NCBI GenBank assembly: GCA_951406725.2
Contig: OX597814.1
Coordinates: 127,906,001-127,970,000 of the forward strand
Length of the DNA stretch: 64,000 nt
Source: Octopus vulgaris
Lineage: Eukaryota
Reading direction: 5' to 3'
Shown here: positions 1-12,704 of the stretch, one piece after another
Layout: each line of letters starts with the position of its first letter
Numbering within the stretch: position 1 is the stretch's first letter
Notes under the pieces: generated by a model
What the model saw: the letters and a program-made list of their open reading frames with translations, nothing else
Database searches by the model: none
What the model was told of the DNA's origin: nothing
Translations under genes and position numbers: made by a program

Positions 1-420
<420 letters not shown>

Positions 421-529
421 CTCTTTTACTCTTTTACTTGTTCAGCCATGCAGCTGTGGTCATGCTGGAGCACCACTATGGGCTTTCTGGTTTTCTTAGT
501 CTGGGGTGTTTTGCATCATCACTCTTATA

Positions 530-770
530 TGCGCTTTCGTCCCAGCAGCTGTTAGCCCATTTGGTGTACAAGGGAGTTTGATTCCACTGCCCTTGTCTGC
601 AACTCATGTTGGGCTGTTGGTTCATCTGGTATTGTGGAGATGGGTATGTCTAGTTCCTCTTTGAAGACATCTATTTCCACCTTATATAGATTTCTTAATT
701 TTTTTGGCAGGGCTTTCAGGAGGTGTGGGCTTACTATTGCAGTATCTGATCCTGAATTTAGATGGAGTGG
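530..770 (-). mobile_element. CR1-group LINE ORF2 C-terminal fragment
   Basis: Minus translation LLKALPKKLRNLYKVEIDVFKEELD...IPDEPTAQHELQTRAVESNSLVHQ, homologous to the 29978-30480 copy. Confidence 0.8.
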
Positions 771-819
771 ATATCATCTATAATAATATCTTTATATCTT
801 ATATATATATATATATATA

Positions 820-900
820 AAGTTAATCCAAACATGAAAACACAAAGAGAAAACACAACAATGCAAGGACGTGGAACAAATATAGTATTATTGGATGCTC
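820..900 (-). mobile_element. 3' fragment of hammerhead-bearing short element family A in (TA)n
   Basis: Reverse complement matches the family A 3' end (aataatactatatttgttccacgtcc...tttggattaac) seen at 28260-28336 and 39420-39507. Confidence 0.8.
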
Positions 901-1033
901 ATATATATATATATATGTATGTATGTATATATATTTATAAAGTGTAATATTTATCAGTATCATTTCACAATATCTGGTATATATTTATAACTGTTGTATG
1001 CACAAACAAATATGCATATATATGTGTTTGTGC

Positions 1034-1064
<31 letters not shown>

Positions 1065-1073
1065 CATACATGC

Positions 1074-1640
1074 ATCATCATCATCGTTTAACGTCCACTT
1101 TCCATGCTGGCATGGGTTGGACGGTTTGCCTGAGGGCTGGCAAGCCAGAAGGTTGAACCAGGCCCCAAATCCGATCTGGGAATGTTTCTACAGTTGGATG
1201 CCCTTCCTAACGTTAACCACTCCAAGAGTGTAGTGGGCACATTTTACATGCCACTGGCAAGTGGGCCAGTCAGCCAGTACTGGCAATGACCACACTTGAA
1301 TGGTGCTTTTTAAGTGTCACCAGTACGGGACCAGTCAGCCAGCACTGGCATTGATCATGCTCGAGTGGTGCTTTTTACGGGCCACTGGCATGGGTACTGT
1401 CATCGGCCATGACAACAACTTCACTTGCTTCAACAGGTCTTCACAAGCACAGTTTATTGCCCAATGAGTGAAGGGTACTCTTAAATGGGCTGGTTATGCT
1501 GCACTGGCATAGGCCACGGTTATGGTCTCACTTAGCTTGCTGGGTCTTCTCAATCACAGCATATCTCCAAAGGTCTCGATTACTTATCATCGCCTTAGTG
1601 AGGTCCAACGTTCAAAGGTCATGCTTCACCACATCCCATA
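1074..1640 (-). mobile_element. RTE-clade LINE 3' end: ORF C-terminus, 3' UTR with tandem subrepeats, (GAT)n tail
   Basis: Minus translation WDVVKHDL*TLDLTKAMISNRDLWRYAVIEKT; the UTR ends ...gcatggaaagtggacgttaaacgatgatgat. Confidence 0.85.
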
Positions 1641-1746
1641 AATATATATATTTATATTGATTCTAGAGCCTAGTGAGACATCCATGAGGTTAAGGTCTTT
1701 GTGGGTGCTAAACCACTGGTCACTCTATGACCAAACATAAACTTTA

Positions 1747-1785
<39 letters not shown>

Positions 1786-2057
1786 AAAGGATGCGTGATA
1801 ACACCATTCCATATATACAAAAACAGCCATTCTGACAATCCAACATACCTCCATGATCAGCTGCTCCATGGATATCATTTGGTTTTGACACCCATGCAGT
1901 ACCATTCAATCTGGCAATGTCAACGGCACTAAAAGGAGTGTTGTTTGGGAACAAGCATACCAATATATATACACACACACATATGCATACATATATATTA
2001 GAAGTGAAGTCGAAAATTTGTCTCATGACATGAGATACACACACACTCACACACACA

Positions 2058-2089
<32 letters not shown>

Positions 2090-2163
2090 TACACACGCGT
2101 GCGCGCGCACACACACACAAACACACACACACACACACAATAGTTGCAACACGGATAACACAT

Positions 2164-2396
2164 GTTAGCCTTTCAAAAACACAGGAATATTGTTAATTTT
2201 CCTAAAGTATTTATTGTTTGTAATATGGTGTCAAAACTTTTGTCACTCCAAACTGCAAATTACTTTCGCACTGCAGTGCATTAATGTTGCCAATGACCAG
2301 GTTGTAGCTTGGAGCAATGAAAATTTTGACACCATATTACAAACAATAAATGTTACAGAGAAGTTAACTATATTTGCGTGCTTTTGAATGACTAGC
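2164..2396. repeat. Long inverted repeat (MITE-like fold-back)
   Basis: 2209-2236 is the exact reverse complement of 2324-2351, and the flanks pair imperfectly. Confidence 0.85.
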
Positions 2397-2505
2397 TTGT
2401 GTCTTCCATGCTGCAGCCACTTTAGTTGTAACACAAAGTCTTAGATCAAAACACTTGCCATGCAAGTACATCTCTGGCATCATCATCTCATCATAAAAAT
2501 AATAA

Positions 2506-2792
2506 TCATCATCGTTTAATGTCCGCTTTCCATACTAGCATGGGTTGGACGATTTGACTGAGGTATGGCAAACCAGATTGCTGCATCAGACTCCAATCTG
2601 ATCTGGCAGAGTTTCTACAGCTGGATGCCCTTCCTAACGCCAACCACTCCGAGAGTGTAGTGGGTGCTTTTATGTGCCACCAGCACGAGGGCCAGTCAGG
2701 CGGACTGGCAATGGCCACACTCAAATGGTGCTTTTTATGTGCCACCTGCATAGGAGCCAGTCCAGCGGCACTGGCAACAACCTCGCTTGAAT
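2506..2792 (-). mobile_element. RTE-LINE 3' tail / RTE-tailed SINE
   Basis: Conserved motif acactctcggagtggttggcgttaggaagggcatccagctgtagaaac and a (GAT)n tail. Further copies at ~3164-3250(-), 3440-3555(-), 13735-13857(+), 13936-14150(-), 32261-32309(+), 36110-36290(+), 36722-36790(-), 46560-46895(+), 50700-50840(+), 56507-56611(+). Confidence 0.85.
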
Positions 2793-2809
2793 GTTATAAT
2801 AATAATATA

Positions 2810-3160
2810 TAATAATGAAATTATTGTGTATAGTGCTTAGATGCACTACAACTCATCAAAGGTGCATGTATAGTACGAAAGTCAGGAAAGCGAACAGTGT
2901 ATGAGTCATGATATATGTGTGCATGTATATGGAGGTGGGGATATCAGGTGTAGTGTTGGTGAATTTCAGGAAGCATGGAAGTTTTAAAGGATGCAATATC
3001 TCAGTGACTAACAACTGATGCTGGTTCTTTGTTCCATGCTTCAACAACTCAGAGTGTGAAAAAATGTTTCCAAAAGTCATGGGAGCTGTGCTGTTTTCTG
3101 ACTTTGTAGGCATGCCCACGTGTGTTAGACACATGGAGCTCAAAAAGGTTCTCAAGGTAG
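2810..3160 (-). mobile_element. CR1 LINE 3' fragment
   Basis: Homologous to 23150-23655 (RKQHSSHDFRKHFFTLRV region and 3' UTR). Confidence 0.85.
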
Positions 3161-3825
3161 TTATCATCGTCATCATTTAGTATCTGTTTTTCATGCTGTC
3201 ATAGGTTAACCAGTTTGACTGGGACTGTAAACTAGAGAGCTGCGCCAGGCACAGTACCAGAATTTTCAACTCAAGTCAAATATAATAAACTACTTTGAAT
3301 CGTTAGAATATCTGCATAAGTGGGGTCTGGACTGGCTAGTTTGTACTGGCACTGACTAATATTAGTAGTAATAAAGAAGTCAAAGTAAATACTGATATTT
3401 TGTAAATATTTAATAAGTTATCTTTCTGGATTGAGTAATCATCATTTAATGTCCCTTTTCCATGCTAGCATGGGTTGGACGGTTCGACTGGGGTCTTGGA
3501 AGCCATGGAGGCTGCACCAGGCTCCAGTCTGATCTGACAGTGTTTCTACTGCTGGTGTCTTTCGACTAAGGACGAATTAGATTAAGCTGGCATGTGTGGA
3601 AATGAAGCCTTATGGCAGGGATAAAAGATTTCACAGGCATAAAAGATTTCACAAGATAAAAGATTTCATATCGATGTCACATTGGAGGGTATATTTTTGT
3701 CATACAGGAACAGAAAATAACCTCAAGATACTTGATGCACAAAAAAAGATAGGGACACAGGAAAACCACCTTGATGTAATAACTAATGTAAGTTTTGTGG
3801 AATTAACATTGACTATTTCACCCAA

Positions 3826-4000
3826 GGTGGTGAGCTGGCAGAATTTTGTCAGCACACTGGGCAAATTGCTTACTGGTATTCTGTCTTTCTTTATATTCTA
3901 AGTTCAAATTCTGCCGAGGTCAACTTTACCTTACATCCTTTTGGGGTTGATAGAATAAGTACCAGCTGAATACTGGAGTTGATGTAATCGACTTAACTTC
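3826..4000 (+). mobile_element. tRNA-derived SINE with Meta-like central domain
   Basis: ggtggtgagctggcagaa head, gttcaaattc B-box, gaggtcaactttaccttacatccttttggggttgata domain. Confidence 0.8.
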
Positions 4001-4271
4001 TACTGGGTATGAGTATAAAAACTGCATTCCTCTACCAAGCCAGTGTGGCACAGTAAGCTCATCAAACTAGTATGGCCTCAAGCCCAAATTCACAGCCTCC
4101 ACATCTGGCCATGATTGGTTGGAGAGAACATGCTGAGGCCCTTGTCCTGCAGTAAACTGAACATGGGTAATCAAATGCAATCCAATTTCAGCCACATCAC
4201 AAGTAGCTGCTCCAAAATCTCCTCACAGTATTACTTTGTCATGAAATATAATGTCATTGGCTAGAATATTC

Positions 4272-4645
4272 TTCTTTCTTCTTTATGCCTTTAACCCTCC
4301 AATGCGGAGTATAAGCCACTTATAGTTGAATTCCATGTCGCATAATTTTTTGCTTCTGTACTTATACTCTTCCATGAATGTCCCCCTTCCTCTAATTCCT
4401 TTTGTGTCGATCTCCGCCACGAGTTCTTAGGCCTACCTCTCCTTCTATATCCATCCGGTTTCCACTCTAAAGCACTTTTCGCTACATTTGGTGTGTCTTT
4501 TCTAATTGTGCTACCAATCCACTTCCACTTTTTCTTAAATATTTACTCCCTAATTGAAACTTCATTTGTTCTTTGCTGTAGCTCCATATTGCTTATGTGT
4601 TCGGGCCATCTAATTTTAAGTATACTACACAAACATCTGTTGAAT
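4272..4645 (-). mobile_element. RTE LINE ORF C-terminal fragment
   Basis: Minus translation ILKIRWPEHISNMELQQRTN...KWKWIGSTIRKD...ALEWKPDGYRRRGRPKNSWRRS. Confidence 0.85.
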
Positions 4646-4699
4646 GAAATTCAGAGAAACGATAATCCTGAGAAGACAAATATAAGAAGCTAGAGTTAT

Positions 4700-5150
4700 G
4701 TGACAGGATTCTTTGGGCCGATGCCTCCTCTGAATGTCTTACCTTGCTTGATCAAATTCAGAACAAGTTGTTGATATGGTGGAGCCTGTGCTTTCTACTA
4801 TGAGTCTTTGGCTCATCATGAGAATGTATCTTCATTGTGTCTTTTCTATAAGTATTTCAACAGTCATTGTTCCGATGAACTTTTTAGTCTAGAACCCTCT
4901 GTTCTAAACCGGCCATCCAATTCTCTTCCCAGGTGCATCATTTCTCTGTTGAGCTTTTTGTTGGTCACAAGTCCTTTCCTTGAACTGCTATTCTCTATAA
5001 CCCACTACTATCAGCATGTTATTCACTGGTCTATGAAATTCAGTTATTTAAGCTTTTGAATTTTGAATTTGTAGACCCCTTCTTTTTGTCCCTTATGCTA
5101 CAGTAGACTTTGCCTTGTTTAAGACAAAATCATATCTATAAAAAAAAAAA
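4700..5150 (+). mobile_element. Jockey/CR1-group LINE 3' fragment ending in poly(A)
   Basis: SLAHHENVSSLCLFYKYFNSHCSDEL motif; A-run at 5140-5150. Confidence 0.65.
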
Positions 5151-5154
5151 TAAC

Positions 5155-5555
5155 CAGACATAATTTGAAAGAATACTGATGAAATATCCTTGTCAAGAAT
5201 TCAATAAAATGCAAGCACAGCAGAGAAGATATAATGATATGGGGCAAAGAAAAGAAACTGTGCACAGTAGTTGAAATCAGTTTCCCAGCAGGAGTCAACG
5301 TAATCTTAAAGATAGTGAAAAAAAAAATATCTATGCTAAGCTAATAATAAACTTGCAGTCATTCTATCTGGATTATAACTTTAGATTTCTACCAATAATT
5401 ACTGGAACATTTGACTACATGACTAAATGCCTTAGTACCAACCTTGAGAAGCTGGGTTTCACAAAACCAAAATGAACACGCTTAATCTAAAAAAATTCTA
5501 TCAAAGCTATCAAAGGTACTGTGAAAATGTGTGAAACATTCAGTTTGTCATAAGA
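5155..5555 (+). mobile_element. R4/Dong-like non-LTR element, restriction-like endonuclease fragment
   Basis: KCKHSREDIMIWGKEKKLCTVVEISFP...FLPIITGTF, homologous to 10130-10507. Confidence 0.8.
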
Positions 5556-5559
5556 TCGA

Positions 5560-8215
5560 AATGACTGTTTACTTGAACTATCCATTACCGAGCCCAGAAG
5601 AATTGTGTTCTCAAAACTAAATGGAGGAAGCATTTTCTTGTAGACCTCTTGGAGGCCTATCTGCAGACACAAGTAGAGGAAGATTGTGCACACCTTTTAA
5701 CACTCAATACTCACCATAGATTGTATAAATTCAAGTAGCTTCTTTTTGGAGTAAAAGTGGCACCTGCCATATTCCAACAAGTGATGGACACAGTGTTAAA
5801 TGATTGCGACTTTGCTATCGCTTATCTTAATGATATTTTGATAAAGAGTGAGTCAATGGAGCAACACTTTGAACATATTAAAAAATTATTCAGAAAAACA
5901 AATGAATATGAGTTTAGACTAACAGAGAAGAAGTGTTAATTTTTTATAAAAAATGTTAAATATTTGGATCAAATAATTGACAAAAGGGGACAAAGGCCAG
6001 ACCCATCAAGGCAATGGCAATATGAAATATGCCTCCACCAGTGAATGTTAAATTGTTAAAAGCATTTTTAGGCTTGGTAAACTATTATCAAGTATATATC
6101 CCGAACATACACAACACAAGGGCTCCACTAAATAAGCTGTTAAAAAGGGATGCCAAATGGTTTTGGTCAGAAAAATGCCAGAAGGCATTTGAGGAACTAA
6201 AAAGCATGTTAATTTCAGACTTGTCGCTTACACACTTTGATCCAAAGTTGGAAACGATACTGGCAACAAATACTAGTGAGCACAGGGTAGGTGCCATATT
6301 CCTACACAAATGTGAAGATGACAGGCAAGGAAGCTATTGCCAGCAGAAAAAAAGTATAGCCAAATTGAAGAAGAAACATTGGTGATTATATTTGGCATAA
6401 AAAAGTTCCATAGGTTTATACATAGTAAACGGTTTAGACTATAAATGGGACATCACTCATTGCTAACAATTTATGGATCCAAGAAAGTAATCCCAGTACA
6501 TACAGCAAATAGGATGCAGCGATGGGGCACCATTCTATTAAACTACAACTACGCAATGGAATATTTACCTTCGAAAAAGCTAGGACATGCTGACGGCCTA
6601 TCCAGGGTAATACCCAGATATGGTGAACCATTTGAGGATAGAGTAATTGCAGCCCTAAGAGCTGAAGGGGAAATTAAACACATTATGTGAAACAGTATGA
6701 GAGTTACCAATAACTCTGGAGGAGACAAAGCGACATGCGTCAAAAAGCAAGTTCATTAATTGAAAAAATTTCTATGGTCAGCGAAAGAAAATGTAAAAAG
6801 GTTGTGAAAGAAAAAACAAGATGTAAACCTATATTCAACATGCGATGGCATACTGATGTATGGCCAAAAGGTAGTGATACCTGAGACTACAAAAAAAGAT
6901 GTTGAAATAATTCCATATTGGACATCCGGGGATTGCAAGGATGAAAGCACTTATGCGCAGTTATGTGTATTGGCTGTAGATGGACAGGGAAGTTGAAAAC
7001 GTACTAAAAGGCTGCAGAGGATCTGCTTTGGCAGTGAAATTGCCTAGTCAATAATGGGAGTCTTGGCCAGAAGTAAAAAGTCCATGGACAAGACTACACA
7101 TCGATTTTGGTTATTTACTATTTAGTAGTAGTTGACAGTTTTACAAAATGACTGGAAATTGTTAAGTATGAAAGACTAACTGCCACAATGGTAATAAATC
7201 TTTTGCACAAATTATTCACAAGATTTGACATCCCAGACATGATTGTATCTGATAACAGGACACAATTTGTGTCCAGTTATTTCAGAAAATTCTGCGAAAT
7301 GTTCATGGTAGAACATAAAATGATGGTACCTTACCATCCCAGATCAAATGGTCAGGTAGAGCATTTTGCGGACACCTTTAAAAGAGCTTTCAGAAAAGCA
7401 AAGAAGGAAGATACAGATGAAATTGCTCTGCAGCAATTCCTAAGGGTATACAGGGTGACACTGAACCCCAATACAGCAGCAGGAAGCTCACCAGCTGAAC
7501 TGATATTTGTGAGGAAGGTGAAATCAGTTTTTGATAAACTGTTACCTGGCGAGGAAAGAAAAAGTACCAGGAATTTTTCAAAACTGGTGATAACGTATAC
7601 ATGAGGCCATATAAAATGGCAAACAAGACCGGGAAGAATTAAAAGCAGAAAATGTATTGAAAAAAGATGCAGAAACTAATTGAAGAAGAGATTCCTAAAA
7701 AATGAACCAGAAAAATTGGAAGAAACAAAAGAATGGCTGTGTGACACATTCCAGGTACCAACACACGTACAAGTGGAAGAAAAAGGAAGAACACTGAGTT
7801 CCTACAAATAGACGTCAAGAAGGAAAAAAAATTAAGTTGGGGGAAAACGCTAAAAGGGAGGAGCGATGAATAAAATAAAAGAAAATTACTTGCTTTCCAA
7901 AGAAAACTAAAACTAAAAGGATAGATGTAGTGAAAATGGTACACTCCTTCCCATGTGAGAAAGTGGTATGATGCAGCCACTACGAAGATAGCCAGTCAGT
8001 TGTTGTAGGAGGTCAGTAGTAGTAAAGTCGTTGTATGAGTTCTCAGTTGGAGTCAGTGCTAGTTATGTGATATATATGAGTTTGAGTTGCCATCAAGATA
8101 GACATTACAAAAGTCGTTGTCTTATGGAGCTATCAGCAATAACATGCTTGATGAGTCAAAGATAATAAGACACGGAATACTGCCACAACATAATAGCGGC
8201 AACAAGAATATTACA
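5560..8215 (+). mobile_element. Degenerate Ty3/Gypsy LTR retrotransposon (RT, RNase H, integrase, probable 3' LTR 7926-~8215)
   Basis: YPLPSPEE, APAIFQQVMD, IAYLNDIL, FLGLVNYY, ANRMQRWG, IVSDNRTQF, YHPRSNGQVE; purine tract followed by TGTAGTG; many stops and frameshifts. Confidence 0.92.
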
Positions 8216-8819
8216 GTGCCAACAACAACACATAAGTGGACAAGGATCCACTTTATAGCACATTCACAGAAAAAAGACTAAATATATGAAGTGTCTGAAT
8301 TTTATTAGACAGAATTACAGATGACAGTAACTTTGAAGTCTTGCTGGCAATGGCTTGTCAGAAACTGTCTGACAGGTTATTGTTGGTGTAACTTTGCCTG
8401 ACGCTACAATCATTTTGTAGTTTTGGCAAACAACTTATAACTATCTATATATCTGTCTGTCTGTCTTATACTAAAACTCAAAGTGTGTCTGTTTTCCTGC
8501 CATTTGATTAAGATGATTATGTTTATAAATAAGATAGTCATTTTCCCTTTTAAGAAGAAGAAAAAAAATGGAATTGAAAATGTTGACACTTCAAAGAGTC
8601 CTTGGTAGCTACTGCTGTCTGTCCGTTTTCTTTACTTTCTTTTTTTCTTCCCTTAGTCATTAATATTTTCAAGTCCCGTAGACTGAAAGAAAGTAATTCT
8701 CCCTATATTTTTATGAGATATTTTTTGAATCACAGTACTTGATTTTTTTTCTTAAAGGAAAAAAATTACAATTTTAGACAGACTATCTCTTTATAAACGA
8801 AGATGAGCTGCAATGAGAG

Positions 8820-10510
8820 ATTCACAAAGACATGAACAACAATTCTTACCATTACAACTGAGAACAGAATAATTGTTTCTCATAGTACAGACATTACAAA
8901 GGGAATATTCCAGGGAAATAACCTTTCTGTACTTCTTTTCATTTTGGCACTGAATCCATTATCATTCCTACTGCAGAAAACAAATGGTTACATGCTTGGA
9001 TCTTCAACAGCAAGAAATATCAATGTAACTCATAATCTCTTTGTAAATGACTTGAAGATTTATGCTAAAAGTGTTAACAATGCCAAAAAACAACTGAAAT
9101 TAATAACAATATTTTCAGCTGATATAGGCATGGAATTTGGCCAAAAGAAATGTTCATATTTGGTTATAGAACAAAGAAAGTCAGTCCCCCAGACCCAAAA
9201 CCTGTGCATCAAAGGTCTTTCTATCTCTCCCATTCCACACAAAGAATTTTACAAGTACCTAGGCATAGATGAAAATGTATCATATGAAGGTAGTGTGAAT
9301 AAAGATAGAGTGACCCGAGAATATTACACCAGACTTAGGAAAATATGGCAGTCGGAACTCTCCTTTTACAACAAAACAATATCCCACAATGCATTTGCAA
9401 TACTAGAACTGATCTCAACATTTGGGATACTTGAATGGTCTGTAGAGGAAAGCCACTCCATAGATATCAAAACACGCAAATCCTGACAACAACTGGGAAC
9501 TTTCACAGAAACAGTTGACAGGCTCTACATAAGAAGAAATGAAGGTAGTAGAGGCCTGATATCAGTGCAGACGGCCTTCAAATGCCATATGTTATCACTC
9601 AGCCGAAAAGTGAAGTGAGCAACATTGTACGAGTTAGCAGTGAGCTCCTCAAGAAGCACTCTCTTCCAGAGAGCCCAAAACAGCTGAGCTCTCTTACCTC
9701 AGAGAAGGCCTGGATGGAAGCACCCAGCATACAAAAAGAAAACCTATGCATGGGTATGTTGCCCAGAAACTTGAAGAAGACAGCAGAATTGACATGAAGC
9801 ACAGCCTCTCTTGGTTACAAGACTACTACATCACATCACACTTTGAAGGTTATGCATTTGCAATCCAGGAACAGGAGATTTCCACAAAGTACCTGGTAAA
9901 CAAAAGAGACAGTAATGTTCTTGTAACCCCAAGGTGCAACTGCATGTGTAGGCTGTGTCATGTTTCTGTGGAAGACATCATTCATGTGATTAGCAGCTGT
10001 CCTAAAATGTTGTCACGGTACTACCTCCCTATGCGGCACGATGTTGTTACTAAATTAATTGACAATGCCATCTGCAAAAAAAGACTGTCTTGAAATAAAC
10101 TTAGAAAATCGCTCTGTTATGGAATACATTCATAAACACCAACTCAAGGAATATTGGTGGAATATTACCACCAAAACTTCTGTCAAATGTAAGCATAACA
10201 GGTTGGATATTGTTGTTTGGAACATAGGGGCAAAGGTATGTACCATCTTAGAGGTCAGCTGTCCTGTGGATATAAATATTTCTTTGAAAATCAAAGTAAA
10301 AGAGGATATCTCTGGACAGCTGCTTTGAAACCTCTAGCTTCTATATCCAGACTACAAATTCATATTCATACCAATAATAATTGGGGCATTAGGTTTTGTT
10401 AGTAATTTTCAGAAGGAGAAATTGACCAGTTAATTTGTACATTACAAGTGCAATCTGTGAGTGGAACAGTAAAAATATGCAAGACTTTTCTCAACTTCCA
10501 AATATGAATT
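8820..10510 (+). mobile_element. R4/Dong-like non-LTR retrotransposon remnant (RT, CCHC finger, RLE)
   Basis: KGIFQGNNLS..LFILALNPLS, HNLFVNDLKIYA, YKYLGI, CRLCHVSVEDIIHVISSC, RHDVV, HNRLDIVVW..ILEVSCP. Confidence 0.92.
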
Positions 10511-10566
10511 TGTCTGTGTTAACTACATCAGAGAGACGAGACTTGTATCTTTAAAAATAATTTTAA

Positions 10567-10786
10567 CCCTTTAGCGTTCAGATTACTCTGTCAAATATAA
10601 TGCTTTTTCATTCACATTGTTTTGAATTAATCCAGCATTATCTTGTAGCTCTGAGAACTTGATGAAGTGAATGTTTATTTTGAGGATGTCATTGTAGGAT
10701 ATGAGTGAGAGGCCAGATCTAGATGGTTTGAACATAAAAGAAGTAGAAAATTTGGGCCGGATACAGCCGGTTTAAATGCTAAAGGG
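10567..10786. mobile_element. piggyBac-type MITE
   Basis: TTAA on both sides; TIR ccctttagc...gctaaaggg; second inverted copy at ~14195-14415. Confidence 0.85.
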
Positions 10787-10932
10787 TTAAAAATAGAAGA
10801 GACAATATACATACATACATGCATGCATACAGCTGTTTCTATACATACAAGCATAAAAACACGTACATATATACATTCACACATACAAATGTATATACAC
10901 ACATACATACATATACACTCATGTACACACTT

Positions 10933-10963
<31 letters not shown>

Positions 10964-11168
10964 TAAATATACACACATGATTTGCAGTATTCACCACATT
11001 TCTGTATTTCCATATCTGTTGGATGTTTGTCAACAGAAGGCGAGAGAGAGAGAGGGGGGGGGAGAAAGAGAAAGAGTGAGAGAGGCCCACAGTTGTCAAA
11101 TCTATCTCATAGAACAACTTAGTCCTCCCCTCCCTCTACTGTTGTTTTAAAGATTGAGAGAGAGAGAG

Positions 11169-11203
<35 letters not shown>

Positions 11204-12223
11204 TGACAGAATTATCTCACAGAAGGAATCATCCCTTCTCTCCATCTGTTGTTTTAGGGAACTGCTTTTATTGTTGTTACTTAAAATGATTCCCCTTATT
11301 GTAGTCAGTCAGGGACAGTCTGGGACTGTCTGAGACTTGTTGAAGCTGGCTACCACAGTAGCCCATTGTTCTCTCAAAGTATAACGTAGATAAGTAATTG
11401 CAAACAGTTTGTAGAAAATTCTAAAGCAACCCTTTGCCGGCTGTAGAACACTCCGGACCTTGAGATTCAGATTCAATCCCCAGTTATTACTATAGCAGTT
11501 CTTTGACATTCTAACGTACTTGGAACGTAGTATGTATTTCACATAACCTATTTTTTTTTTACCATTCCAAATAGACAACATAGTTTTGTGTCAGATATAT
11601 AATTGTTTGAAACTAAACAATGAAGAATTAATAAGAAAAATACAAAAAAATTATTTATAAAGTTTAAACTTGGAATGCAGTGGTGCCTTTAACATTCATA
11701 TTGAATGTGATTTAAAGAAAAACATTTCCCACACATACGCACCCACCTCCATCGCACCAGCGCCTGCATGTATATCAATGTGCACACACACACACACACA
11801 CCACATATACCCTGCCCACACATAAGCAAATTTGGATGCCCACTTCCAGAAAACCCCATTTAAATACTCATAGTAGAATATATTCATTTAATAGACTATA
11901 TGTGTGAGTACGTATACATGTATGTATATATATATATATGTGCATGTGTATATATATATATATATATGAATACACACACATATATATGTATATATATATA
12001 TATATTATATATATATATGAATACATATATATGAATACATACACATATACATGTATGTATGTATATATATATACATACATTTATATGTATGTGTATATGT
12101 ATGTGTATATATATATATAAGTTCAGCAAAAATTTAGATTCAAATGAATATGGTACTTAATTTAGATGCACCAGAATTTTGTATGGTGTTATCCATAAAA
12201 ATAAGCAACAAGAATGACTCCGG

Positions 12224-12316
12224 TAATTTGGTACGATCGTTTCGTACTACATCATTTTATTAAATGTTGTAAGTATTACAACAGATTTAAGATGCTGAGT
12301 ACTCATCAGCCAATTA
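12224..12316 (-). ncRNA. Type I hammerhead ribozyme motif (mirror copy)
   Basis: Exact reverse complement of 12325-12417. Confidence 0.85.
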
Positions 12317-12324
12317 TATATCTA

Positions 12325-12417
12325 TAATTGGCTGATGAGTACTCAGCATCTTAAATCTGTTGTAATACTTACAACATTTAATAAAATGATGTAGTACGAA
12401 ACGATCGTACCAAATTA
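12325..12417 (+). ncRNA. Type I hammerhead ribozyme motif
   Basis: Stem I ttgg/ccaa; core CTGATGA (12332-12338); stem II gtact/agtac with a long insert; GAAA (12398-12401); stem III AC-gatc-GT; GUA triplet. Confidence 0.85.
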
Positions 12418-12519
12418 CCAGAGTCATTCTTGTTGCTTATTTTTATGGATAACACCATACAAAATTCTGGTGCATCTAAATTAAGTACCATATTCATTTG
12501 AATCTAAATTTTTGCTGAA

Positions 12520-12567
<48 letters not shown>

Positions 12568-12662
12568 CATATACACATACATATACACGTACCAAATTAC
12601 CGGGGTCATTCTTGTTGCTTATTTTGAGTATATATATATATATATGAATACACACACATATA

Positions 12663-12701
<39 letters not shown>

Positions 12702-12704
<3 letters not shown>

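Larger units (their letters stand above)
12119..12522. mobile_element. 404-bp near-perfect palindrome in (TA)n; probable inverted Penelope-type pLTR pair
   Basis: 200-bp arms, 4-nt spacer (12319-12322), one mismatch seen (12221/12420). Confidence 0.9.
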
